64,000 nucleotides of DNA, taken from contig JAGCVQ010000038.1 of NCBI GenBank assembly GCA_017962275.1, forward strand, positions 421-64,420. Direction: 5' to 3'. Below, one piece after another: positions 55,742 to 64,000 of the stretch; positions within the stretch are counted from its first letter, which is position 1, and every line of letters starts with the position of its first letter. This stretch comes from Bacteroidales bacterium. Lineage in GTDB: Bacteria; Bacteroidota; Bacteroidia; Bacteroidales; WCHB1-69. Made by a program: the position numbers and the translations under genes. The notes below the pieces were generated by a model. That model made no database searches. It was not told the DNA's origin and saw nothing but the letters and a program-made list of their open reading frames with translations.

Positions 55742-55749
55742 TATGTTTG
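55742..55749 (+). promoter_or_regulatory. -7 box TAtgTTTG upstream of tsaE
   Basis: Context is tgtatgtttgcg, 41 nt upstream of ATG 55790. Confidence 0.5.
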
Positions 55750-55789
55750 CGAATCAAAAAGGAATGGATAACAACCTATCCTTAACTAT

Positions 55790-56203
55790 ATGATTCACAA
55801 AATGATAGCAACAGAATCGGAATTATCCGCAGTGGCGCAAGCACTTTTGGAGGCGCACCCGCAGGAGCGTGTGTTCGGCTTCTTCGGCGAGATGGGCACC
55901 GGCAAGACCACCCTCATCAAGGAGATCTGCCGGCAGCTCGGCGTGACCGGCGGCATGACCTCCCCCACCTTCGCCATCGTCAATGAATATTGGACCCGCG
56001 ACGGCGAACCGCTTTACCATTTCGACTTCTACCGCATCGACGACCCCGATGACGCCACCCGCATCGGCTTCCAAGACTACCTCTACAGCGGCAGCTACTG
56101 CTTCATCGAATGGACCGACAAGGTGGAATCCCTCCTCCGCGGCGAATACACCCCCGTCTATATCGAACGTATCGACGACCAAACCCGTAAATTCACCTTT
56201 TAA
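55790..56203 (+). CDS. tsaE: tRNA t6A biosynthesis ATPase TsaE
   Basis: P-loop GEMGTGKTT, SPTFAIVNEY and HFDFYR motifs; 137 aa. Confidence 0.9.
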   Translation: MIHKMIATESELSAVAQALLEAHPQERVFGFFGEMGTGKTTLIKEICRQLGVTGGMTSPTFAIVNEYWTRDGEPLYHFDFYRIDDPDDATRIGFQDYLYSGSYCFIEWTDKVESLLRGEYTPVYIERIDDQTRKFTF

Positions 56204-56218
56204 CCGTTACCCATAGCT

Positions 56219-56254
56219 CTACCAAGCTCTTGCCCCTGACGGGGCTGCTCAAGG
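56219..56254 (-). repeat. REP-like element, first hairpin only (copy C)
   Basis: ctaccaagctcttGCCCCtgacGGGGCtgctcaagg is the near-exact reverse complement of 3283-3316. Confidence 0.8.
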
Positions 56255-56306
56255 AAAACCTCTTGTCATATAACCCTTTAACCCTCTAACCTCTAAACCC
56301 TAAACT

Positions 56307-57023
56307 ATGAGCTCCGAATACATCATCCTCCAAGACACCCCGCACGTGGAGACCCAAGCTTGGGAAGCCGCTGTGGAAACGCCCACACGCAAGCTCACGC
56401 TCGCGTTAGCAAAGCCCGAGGCCGCGCATCCCGACAGCGGGTTCCTCACCCCGAACGCCGTAAGCAACCTCACCGACGAGCAAGTCAAGGTGTTCGCGCA
56501 GTTCGGTTTCGCGAACCACAACCCCTTCTCCGACACCGACTACGCCGACGCAGGGGTGGAGTTCACCCAGCGTTATGCCGATTTGTCAATGCTGAGCAAC
56601 CTCATCCTCAAATTCGATGCTTTCACGCTTGACCAGATTGCCTTGTCGAAGGAGAATCAGATTCTGGTCTCCATACTCCCGCCCGCAGAGCTGTCGCAAG
56701 AGTACATCGAGGCCGTCAACGGAAAGAAAATCACGCTGTTGTGCATCGATTTGCTGCGGAATGACGAAGGTTGCTCCGTGACGGAAAAAATCCGCAAGGC
56801 GACCCTCTCGGAGGCCGGCTTCCAGATCGCCCTCTCGAACTTCGTGTTCCCGCTGGCCGACACGCTCGTCCATGCACCCTCGATCCCCTACGCCCTGCAA
56901 CGCGCCCCCGAGCTCACACAGGCCGTCATCTGCCACAACGGCACCCTATGCCATCAACCCACCGCCGAACGGCTGCACTTGCCCTGGCGGGATGTCATTT
57001 CGCTCTGCTGGGACTTGAACTGA
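56307..57023 (+). CDS. alanine dehydrogenase/PNT N-terminal-domain-like protein (no NAD-binding domain seen)
   Basis: The pattern FLTPNAVSNL...FSDTDYADAGVEF...LILKFDAF...ENQILVSILPP resembles the AlaDH/PNT N-domain. I see no GxGxxG motif. The functional call is weak. Confidence 0.6.
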   Translation: MSSEYIILQDTPHVETQAWEAAVETPTRKLTLALAKPEAAHPDSGFLTPNAVSNLTDEQVKVFAQFGFANHNPFSDTDYADAGVEFTQRYADLSMLSNLILKFDAFTLDQIALSKENQILVSILPPAELSQEYIEAVNGKKITLLCIDLLRNDEGCSVTEKIRKATLSEAGFQIALSNFVFPLADTLVHAPSIPYALQRAPELTQAVICHNGTLCHQPTAERLHLPWRDVISLCWDLN

Positions 57024-57070
57024 GAGTTCAAAGTTCAAAGTTTAAGGTTCAAAGTTCAATATTTCGGGAA

Positions 57071-57098
57071 GTAGAGACGCAAAATTTTGCGTCTCTAC
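57071..57098. repeat. 28-bp palindrome family copy between convergent genes
   Basis: gtagagacgcaaaattttgcgtctctac, preceded by a GTTCAAR array (57025-57060). Confidence 0.9.
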
Positions 57099-57187
57099 TG
57101 TTACCTTTTGCCTTTTGCCTATTGCCTAAAAAAACAGGAACGGAATAATCGTCCCGTCCCTGTCTTATTGCATGAAGCAAACGAGTA

Positions 57188-58549
57188 TTACATCTCGCAG
57201 AAATGCTCGTAGAAATGGGTGATAACCTCGATGCCGCGGCGGAAGTGTTCGAGTTTGTAGTTCTCGTTCGGGGAGTGGATGTTGTCCTCGGCGAGACCGA
57301 AGCCGCAGAGGATGGACTTCACGCCGAGCGCCTTCTCGAAATGCGCCACGATCGGGATACTGCCGCCGCTGTAGGTCGGGATCGGACGCTTGCCATACAC
57401 GTCCATGTACGCCTTTTCGGCTGCCTGATAGGCGGGCACGTCCATGCCGCAACGGTAAGCCTCTCCGCCGTGCGCGGGAATCACCTCCACCTTCACGTAG
57501 TCGGGCGCGATGTTCTCGAAATGTTTCTGGAACAGTTCCGCAATCTTGTGCGAATCCTGGTTGGCGACCAAGCGCATGGAGATGTTGGCGGAAGCGGTGG
57601 CGGGCAATACGGTCTTGAAGCCCTCGCCGGTGTAGCCGCCTTCAATGCCGCACACGCCCAAGTTCGGACGAATGCCCGTACGCTCGATAGTGCTGTAACC
57701 CTCTTCGCCGTACAATTCCTTGACATCCAACGATTTCTTGTACTCTTCCTCATTGAACGGGGCTTGTGCGATGAGTTCGCGTTCCTCTTTGGTGAGCACC
57801 ACCACATCGTCGTAAAAGCCCGGAATGGTGACTTCGCCCTTGTCGTTGATGAGACCGGAAATGAGATCGCAGAGCACGTTGATGGGATTGGCGACGGCAC
57901 CGCCGAAAATACCGGAATGGAGGTCTCGGTTCGGGCCGGTGACCTTCACAATCATGTTGCAGAGACCGCGCAGACCGGCCGTGATAGAGGGTGTGTCGGT
58001 AGCGATCATGCCCGTGTCTGAGACGAGAATCACGTCGCACTTGAGCAGGTCGGTATGCTGCGTGCAGAAATCGTAGAGCTGCGTGCTGCCGATCTCCTCC
58101 TCGCCTTCCAGCATGAACTTGACGTTGCACTTGAGGTTGCCGGATTTCACCATATATTCGAACGCCTTGGCATGCATGAACGACTGTCCTTTGTCGTCGT
58201 CGGCACCGCGTCCCCAAATCTTGCCGTCTTTGATAACGGGCTCGAAAGGCTCTGTGTTCCAGAGTTCTATGGGATCCACGGGCATCACGTCATAGTGACC
58301 ATAGACGAGTACAGTCTTGGCATTGGGATCAACGATTTTCTGACCCACCACGATGGGGTTGCCCTCGGTGGGATAGACTTCGCACTTGTCGGCGCCGGCG
58401 GCCATGATAAGCTCTTTCCAACGCTCGGCGCAGCGCACCATGTCGTCCTTGTGCTCACTCTGCGAGCTGATGGACGGGATGCGCAGCAGGCTGAACAGTT
58501 CGTCCAGGAATCGGGGTTCATTCTCTTGAATGTAGTTTTTGATGTTCAT
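57188..58549 (-). CDS. M20-family dipeptidase
   Basis: HYDVMP, GRGADDDKG and EGEEEIGS metal and catalytic motifs; 453 aa. Confidence 0.88.
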   Translation of the reverse strand: MNIKNYIQENEPRFLDELFSLLRIPSISSQSEHKDDMVRCAERWKELIMAAGADKCEVYPTEGNPIVVGQKIVDPNAKTVLVYGHYDVMPVDPIELWNTEPFEPVIKDGKIWGRGADDDKGQSFMHAKAFEYMVKSGNLKCNVKFMLEGEEEIGSTQLYDFCTQHTDLLKCDVILVSDTGMIATDTPSITAGLRGLCNMIVKVTGPNRDLHSGIFGGAVANPINVLCDLISGLINDKGEVTIPGFYDDVVVLTKEERELIAQAPFNEEEYKKSLDVKELYGEEGYSTIERTGIRPNLGVCGIEGGYTGEGFKTVLPATASANISMRLVANQDSHKIAELFQKHFENIAPDYVKVEVIPAHGGEAYRCGMDVPAYQAAEKAYMDVYGKRPIPTYSGGSIPIVAHFEKALGVKSILCGFGLAEDNIHSPNENYKLEHFRRGIEVITHFYEHFCEM

Positions 58550-58566
58550 ATTGTTTGGTTTAAGGA

Positions 58567-58650
58567 TTATACGGTTAAGGGGTTACACGGTTAGTGGGTT
58601 AAAGGGTTACACGGTTACACGGTTACACGGTTAGAGGGTTAGAGGTTATT
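58567..58650 (+). repeat. degenerate octamer array GGTTANNN
   Basis: ggttacac ggttagtg ggttaaag ggttacac ggttacac ggttacac ggttagag ggttagag. It lies in the 5' leader (minus sense) of the dipeptidase gene, between its TGTACCTTTGCCG promoter (about 58655-58670) and ATG 58549. Confidence 0.9.
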
Positions 58651-58748
58651 GAGGACGGCAAAGGTACATTTTTTTTGGAATGGGCGTGAAAAGATAATTC
58701 GTGCGAGACTTGGCAACACTATCATTCCTTTCATATCCGTATTTTATA

Positions 58749-58756
58749 TACCTTTG
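58749..58756 (+). promoter_or_regulatory. -7 box TAccTTTG
   Basis: Context is tatacctttgccgcg, 20 nt upstream of ATG 58776. Confidence 0.6.
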
Positions 58757-58775
58757 CCGCGTAAAGTTCTACGTC

Positions 58776-61700
58776 ATGATCCCCGGATGCAAACGACACT
58801 TCTTATTGAAACGCCTCACGTGCCTGACCGCCGCCGCGATCTCTTGTCTGCTCTCTTTCGCCCAGCAACAGGGGTTCCCCTACACGGTGGTCGTTGACAC
58901 GGTGGTGGGCGATTGTTTCAACAACTGTCAGGCCGTCGTCTCGCTGTATGACGCACAGGGGCATCTCATCCAGACCAATGACTCGCTGCTGCATCCGGTC
59001 GATTCTGTCGCGTATCCCATCACCAATCTGCAATACCATTACAAGAACCAGCTTTACAACAGCGTCTTCTATAGCGACAGCCATGTCCTGACCATGGACG
59101 TGGGCACGTATGACATCGGTGTTTCTGGAATGATGATGGTGCAAGTGGGTTCCAGCCTTGTGCCTGTGCCAGTGGACACCACGCTGCACGGAATCACACT
59201 CACAAGTACCTACAACCTCTTTTCCGCGTCGATGCTGGCGGGAATAGCCGGGAACAACAACTTGGTGAACGGGTTGATGCGCGAGCAGTGCGGCAACCGG
59301 CATGCTCTGCCCTGCGGCAACCGGGGACGTGTGCAAATGAAGCTCACTGATGGCAAGTTCCCCTACACGGTGATCTTCACCGATGAACAGGAGGACACGA
59401 TCCGTTTCGTGGTTTTCGATCAACCGCAACACACCGGGGACGACTCCCTGTATGCCGATTACAAGGACTATTACACGTTCGACAGTCTGCCCGCCGGGAC
59501 TTACCGCATTGAGGCCCACGATGCGTGCACCTATACCTTGGTATTCCACCATACGGTCGAATTGAACGACGTGCATGTCAACTACCTCTATTACAAGACA
59601 AGCCCGAACAACCCTTCCGATTCCAACACCGTAAGGTTCACGGCGCAGTATTCCTGTCCAAAAGGTGCCTATAACTACGATTATGCGTTTTTCGAGACCA
59701 TTTTCGAGTATCGTTTCATTCACACTACCGACTCCGGACTTGTTGACACGTCGTCGTGGCATCCAATTGACGGATCTTCATTGAATTACATGTACAACGG
59801 CATCTACTGCGACACTTTAAGCTTTGCCAGCCGGTATTGCGATATGTATGGGCACACCATCCGATTCGAAGTGCGCGACCTGTGTCACCAAGACACCCTC
59901 TTTCGTGCCCTGACGTTGACCCCTCCCGACACCACCTGCTACTTCACCGACACGGAAGACGATGGTTACTGTATGGGGCAAATGGTCCTCGACACTTGTT
60001 CCTTGACATGCGATTTGGCGGTGAACTATACAAAATGGTACCGCATCTGGTATGGCTGCGGCCACAACAGCGGCTATTCTTCCTCCAGTTACCCCCAACT
60101 CTACTACTACACCTACCCGCTGCATTGGATTTACACGGACTCTGCAACCGGACAGGTGATCAAAACGGAAGCAGTGAATGAGATCACTTCGATTTCCACG
60201 CTGACGTACACGGATGTGGAGAACGTTTATGGCACCTACTCCTACCTCCCGCTACCGGTTATCCGCACCCTCGTCGATGCACATGGCTGCGTGATTGTGA
60301 GCCGTTTCGACACGCTGCTGTTTGTACGGGACACGACACCGGCCGAGGCTCCTTACGAATGGTTCGTAGAATCCAATTTTGACTACAACTACTACTCCCG
60401 GTGTTTCAGTTCGAACCGCACCATTAGAGTGTATGAGGACTTGACTCCCTACCCTTCCTTCCGGGATTCGACCGTGGTGCGGTTAATCACAAGCCCCCTC
60501 TACAACAAATACAACTTCACCGCCACCTACGCCAACGGAGGATGGACCATTGTGGAAGAGGATTCGGTGAACAACGACGCGAGTATCGTGGGATCAGGTA
60601 TGAGCGTCACCATCAGCGACAACCATCTGTCAGGAGGGCTCTACGTCTTCGTGTGCGAAACGCCATGCGGTATTGACACACTGCAAATTATCATTAACGG
60701 CATCTTCTACGACAGCTGGGAGTGGATTGAATATCCCGCCTACGAGTCGGAGCAGGAATGCAACGACTTGCTCGTCCGTCCCATTTCCGGGAAATACAGG
60801 CGCTACACCTATTGCATTGATGCTCAGGTGAGCAATGACGAGCCCGTCGTCACGACGTATGACTATAGCCCGAACATCATTTTGGTGTCAGGGGAGGTTG
60901 GGGGGTATTCGACCACCACGACCTACATGAATACGCCGTTCCGATTCACCATTCCCGGCGATTATGTCATAAAAATGTATTTTTGGGGGTGCAGTGACGA
61001 ATATTTCCAAATCGACACCATCCATTTCGTGCGTGTCAGGGTGGATTTCGAGAAGGCCTACGGGGTGGTATGCGACTCTACAGCGAGCACAGGGACCGTC
61101 ATCGCACGCGCCATCGACGGATCCGAGCCTTATACGTACAAACTGTACAGCCAGCCGGACCTGCACGGCAACTTGTTAGGGACCAGCCAAGACGGTCTGT
61201 TCTACAATGTCCCCATGCACTTGGGGCAGGAATTATCCGTTTTGGTAATCGATTCCTGCGAAAACAGCTTCTCCATCAACATTGTCGCCATGTCCATTGA
61301 ACAGAGTCAGCTGTTGTGGTTCGAGGGGGACGCACCTGACCCAGGACTATGCGTTGGAGACACGATCACGTTGTCAGCGCTTCCGTTCAACAGCTTCATC
61401 ACCTATTCTTGGCACGGACCGGAGAATTTCACTTCGACAAGCGAGCAGGTCAATTACTATGCTGCCGACACCACGTCGAAAGGCTGGTTGGTGGTTGAGC
61501 TGTTGAACACGGGCTGCCCGGTTCCGGTCAAGGACAGCCTCTATATAAACGTGCTTTACCGACCGCAAATATTTGTCAGTGCGATAGATACGGTTTGCGC
61601 CGGCGACACCGTGCAAGTGGACATCACCGCATTGGGAACCGGCACCGTCTATTTCAATCTCGGCCGCACCTTCGCAGGAACCCAGTCCAGTCTGGCTTTG

Positions 61701-63302
61701 TCGGTTGAGTCTGAAGACACCCTTTCGCTCTTCTTCCCCATCGAAACGAACAACTATTTCTGGGTCAGCGAACCTACTGACCTCTACTGCCCTGGTATTC
61801 AGCAATCCGACACCATCCAAGTGTCGCCCTATCCGGTTTCCATGGCGGTGGATTCCTTCCCGATTTCCGCCGAGGACTTGCTGGTATGCTTTGGCAGTGA
61901 CGCCACGCTGCCCGTCACATCCGACATCGCCGCCCCCTGCATCCTGAATTGGTATGACGACATCTTGCAAAGTACCATGTTACAACAAGATACACTTAAT
62001 CCTGCAGGCTCGATTTCAACCTATACGATTCCGCAACTTGTTGTGGACACTACCCTGCAAGTGGCCGTCTGGTACCAGAACAACTGTCCTGCCCATATCG
62101 GGCGAATGGACTTTTGGCTGAATATGCAGAACGGGACAACGGTGATCCAGCCGGGACAAGGAGTGCGTTTCTACGATTCCGGAGGCGATGAAACCCCTTA
62201 CGCGAACAACGAGACGTTCACCCATACGTTCCAATCTCCCGACTGCGGACTCCTTCTGGTACGTTTCAACAGTCTTGAGATAGACGAAGGGGACACGCTG
62301 TTCTTGTATTCTGCCGATGGCACTCTTGTAGATTCCTATACAGGCTCGGCATCTCCCACAGACATCACGTTATCAAGCACTTCCGTCACATTCCATTTCG
62401 TTTCCAATCCGTCAGACACCGCTTCAGGATGGAGTATTGACATTCTCACCCCGTCAGCTTTGACCACGGTCAGTGCCAGTGTGGTCCATTTCTTTGACAC
62501 ACTCAACACGTCCATCTGCCAGACTGACGAGCCATTCTCCTTTTCGCCTTTCTCCCAAATTGACATTTCGGACACAGGGGTGTTACAATTGGATACGACC
62601 CTGTTCTCCATCATGGGTTGTGACAGTGCTGTCACGTTAATCATCAATGTATTACCAGTCAAAAGCAATTCTTTGGATACGGTAATCTGTCAAGGGCGCG
62701 AACTCATGATAGGCAACCACCATTATACGGAAGAAGGTTCATATCTCTGCCATCTCACGGCGGAGAATGGTTGCGACAGTGTCGTCGCGCTTCAATTGGG
62801 CGTTATCGGAAGTGCTACGGCGATTGTTTCGTCGGAAGAGGATTTTTGCGAGTATAACAGCACGTTCTTGTCCGTGATGGATGCCGGGGACGATTACCTT
62901 TGGAGCACGGGCGAGGAGACATCTTCCATTGAGGCTGTCGCGCCGGGAACCTACACCGTGACGACCCATCTCCAAGGGTGCGAAATCACGACCGCCTACA
63001 TCATCAAACCTTGCGAATGGGAATTGTATCTCCCCAACGTCATCACGCCGTGCAAATCCGACGGCTTGAACGATGCTTTCTATCTCTCCGAAAAGCAGAA
63101 AAGCTGGATTCAAGAGTTTGAACTGTACATCTACAACCGATGGGGTGATCTGGTTTACACCGCGCGGGACAAGAATTTCCGGTGGGACGGATCGGTCAAC
63201 GGCAAGATTTTCCCGAACAACATATACAACTACGTCATTCATTTAAAAGACATTTATGGGAAGCCACGTTTCTATCAAGGCACCATAATCGTATTAGGGT
63301 AG
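58776..63302 (+). CDS. large (1508 aa) secreted protein with CUB-like domain, GCDS modules and type B T9SS C-terminal domain
   Basis: The N-terminus MIPGCKRHFLLKRLTCLTAAAISCLLSFAQQ is a signal peptide. The C-terminus LYLPNVITPCKSDGLNDAFYL...IYNRWGDLVY...RWDG...NNIYNYVIHL is a type B sorting domain. The ORF-track start 58701 precedes the promoter. Confidence 0.85.
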   Translation: MIPGCKRHFLLKRLTCLTAAAISCLLSFAQQQGFPYTVVVDTVVGDCFNNCQAVVSLYDAQGHLIQTNDSLLHPVDSVAYPITNLQYHYKNQLYNSVFYSDSHVLTMDVGTYDIGVSGMMMVQVGSSLVPVPVDTTLHGITLTSTYNLFSASMLAGIAGNNNLVNGLMREQCGNRHALPCGNRGRVQMKLTDGKFPYTVIFTDEQEDTIRFVVFDQPQHTGDDSLYADYKDYYTFDSLPAGTYRIEAHDACTYTLVFHHTVELNDVHVNYLYYKTSPNNPSDSNTVRFTAQYSCPKGAYNYDYAFFETIFEYRFIHTTDSGLVDTSSWHPIDGSSLNYMYNGIYCDTLSFASRYCDMYGHTIRFEVRDLCHQDTLFRALTLTPPDTTCYFTDTEDDGYCMGQMVLDTCSLTCDLAVNYTKWYRIWYGCGHNSGYSSSSYPQLYYYTYPLHWIYTDSATGQVIKTEAVNEITSISTLTYTDVENVYGTYSYLPLPVIRTLVDAHGCVIVSRFDTLLFVRDTTPAEAPYEWFVESNFDYNYYSRCFSSNRTIRVYEDLTPYPSFRDSTVVRLITSPLYNKYNFTATYANGGWTIVEEDSVNNDASIVGSGMSVTISDNHLSGGLYVFVCETPCGIDTLQIIINGIFYDSWEWIEYPAYESEQECNDLLVRPISGKYRRYTYCIDAQVSNDEPVVTTYDYSPNIILVSGEVGGYSTTTTYMNTPFRFTIPGDYVIKMYFWGCSDEYFQIDTIHFVRVRVDFEKAYGVVCDSTASTGTVIARAIDGSEPYTYKLYSQPDLHGNLLGTSQDGLFYNVPMHLGQELSVLVIDSCENSFSINIVAMSIEQSQLLWFEGDAPDPGLCVGDTITLSALPFNSFITYSWHGPENFTSTSEQVNYYAADTTSKGWLVVELLNTGCPVPVKDSLYINVLYRPQIFVSAIDTVCAGDTVQVDITALGTGTVYFNLGRTFAGTQSSLALSVESEDTLSLFFPIETNNYFWVSEPTDLYCPGIQQSDTIQVSPYPVSMAVDSFPISAEDLLVCFGSDATLPVTSDIAAPCILNWYDDILQSTMLQQDTLNPAGSISTYTIPQLVVDTTLQVAVWYQNNCPAHIGRMDFWLNMQNGTTVIQPGQGVRFYDSGGDETPYANNETFTHTFQSPDCGLLLVRFNSLEIDEGDTLFLYSADGTLVDSYTGSASPTDITLSSTSVTFHFVSNPSDTASGWSIDILTPSALTTVSASVVHFFDTLNTSICQTDEPFSFSPFSQIDISDTGVLQLDTTLFSIMGCDSAVTLIINVLPVKSNSLDTVICQGRELMIGNHHYTEEGSYLCHLTAENGCDSVVALQLGVIGSATAIVSSEEDFCEYNSTFLSVMDAGDDYLWSTGEETSSIEAVAPGTYTVTTHLQGCEITTAYIIKPCEWELYLPNVITPCKSDGLNDAFYLSEKQKSWIQEFELYIYNRWGDLVYTARDKNFRWDGSVNGKIFPNNIYNYVIHLKDIYGKPRFYQGTIIVLG

Positions 63303-63368
63303 AGGCAACATGCACATCGTTACTACAAGTGTGACAATTCTACATTCTGCATGTATTCTAATTTTATG

Positions 63369-63376
63369 TACCTTTG
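63369..63376 (+). promoter_or_regulatory. -7 box TAccTTTG
   Basis: Context is tgtacctttgccg, 92 nt upstream of ATG 63468. Confidence 0.5.
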
Positions 63377-63467
63377 CCGTTCTGTTATACTCGTCCTAAA
63401 CAACAAGTGCAACTCATTATAAACAAGAACCTTATAAATCACCGAAATAATAAAAACAACAACCAAT

Positions 63468-64000
63468 ATGAGAAAAAACTTTATCCTTTTTATTGCCGTG
63501 ATGCTGACCGCCGGTGCAATCATCGTATCCTGCAAAGGCAAGAAAGCTGAAATGAAGCCCGTGAAGGGCGTACTGGAAGAAGCTGTCCGTGAGGGTTCCG
63601 CTTCCGAACAGGTCAATGCAACGATGGAACGGCACATCCTCGACCAGAATTTCGAGATGATTCTCAAAGACACGGTCAACAATGTCCACGTGTGGAGTTT
63701 GGTGAGCTGCGATTCCACCACCTCTTCCGACGGATTCGGTCTCGTGATCGCCAAGGACGGCCGCGCCACTATCTTCGCTGACATCCGCCATGGCAGCACC
63801 CCCGCCGCCCGCTACGATGCAGCCTCGGGAACCCTTTGGCTCACCGGTGTCTCCATTGAAGGAACGGGCACCCACGTGGAGCGGTTCTACAAGATCGGCT
63901 TCCACGAGGACGGTCCCCACTACATCGCCGCCACCATTGACCCTTACGAGATGCAGGAAGCCCTCTGCAAAGAATTGGGATACACCATCAAGGGCGATGT
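63468..64000 (+). CDS. hypothetical lipoprotein (3' end outside window; absent from ORF track)
   Basis: I translated ATG 63468 to the window end and found no stop. The product begins MRKNFILFIAVMLTAGAIIVSCKGKK (lipobox), then EAVREGSASEQV...GTLWLTGVSIEGTGTHVERFYKIGFHEDG. Third positions are GC-rich, like the other genes. The two minus-strand ORFs here are antisense shadows. Confidence 0.7.
   Translation, partial: MRKNFILFIAVMLTAGAIIVSCKGKKAEMKPVKGVLEEAVREGSASEQVNATMERHILDQNFEMILKDTVNNVHVWSLVSCDSTTSSDGFGLVIAKDGRATIFADIRHGSTPAARYDAASGTLWLTGVSIEGTGTHVERFYKIGFHEDGPHYIAATIDPYEMQEALCKELGYTIKGD

Noticed and set aside
63323-63920. Two minus-strand ORFs (158 and 162 aa) at the right edge.
   Set aside because: The plus strand holds an open frame from ATG 63468 to the window end. 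It has a lipoprotein signal, a promoter box upstream and normal codon bias. It is missing from the ORF track only because it has no stop codon within the window.

Overview
The window is a chromosomal segment from a Bacteroidota genome, probably Bacteroidales. Three observations support this: nearly every gene is preceded by a TAnnTTTG -7 box (often extended to TGTAyCTTTGCCGC), the primary sigma factor is only 287 aa, and four proteins end in type IX secretion (T9SS) C-terminal sorting domains. I call about 42 CDS, mostly housekeeping (gyrB, ftsE, mscL, dcp, rpoN, asnS, rpoD, topA, pheT, nadE, tsaE), plus one tRNA-Glu(UUC). I found no rRNA, CRISPR array, transposase or integrase. Five things stand out. 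(1) A 12.4-kb gene (37430-49861) encodes a 4143-aa T9SS cargo protein made of about 50 copies of a short two-cysteine module ending in GCDSxVTLxLTV. These include an A-B-C-D supermodule repeated about 7 times at a fixed 645-bp period. The same module occurs in a second T9SS protein (58776-63302) that uses the other CTD type and carries a CUB-like domain. (2) Two 323-bp near-identical direct repeats bracket a single RhuM-N/PLD-like-C gene, next to a decayed DUF1016 gene. Each repeat is a complete small transcription unit (palindrome, promoter, ~230-nt rod-like RNA, terminator). (3) A two-hairpin REP-like element shows compensatory substitutions between copies. It lies just after gyrB, and one of its hairpins is triplicated in front of topA. 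(4) A 28-bp perfect palindrome occurs 8 times, always between genes. (5) Almost every intergenic region holds arrays of degenerate 7-8-nt words (GTTCAAR, GGTTANNN, GTRAGAC and others). One is a perfect (CGTGTAAC)x10 in a 5' leader, and several arrays supply the last codons of genes. All family names come from motif recognition by eye. No database search or folding program was run.
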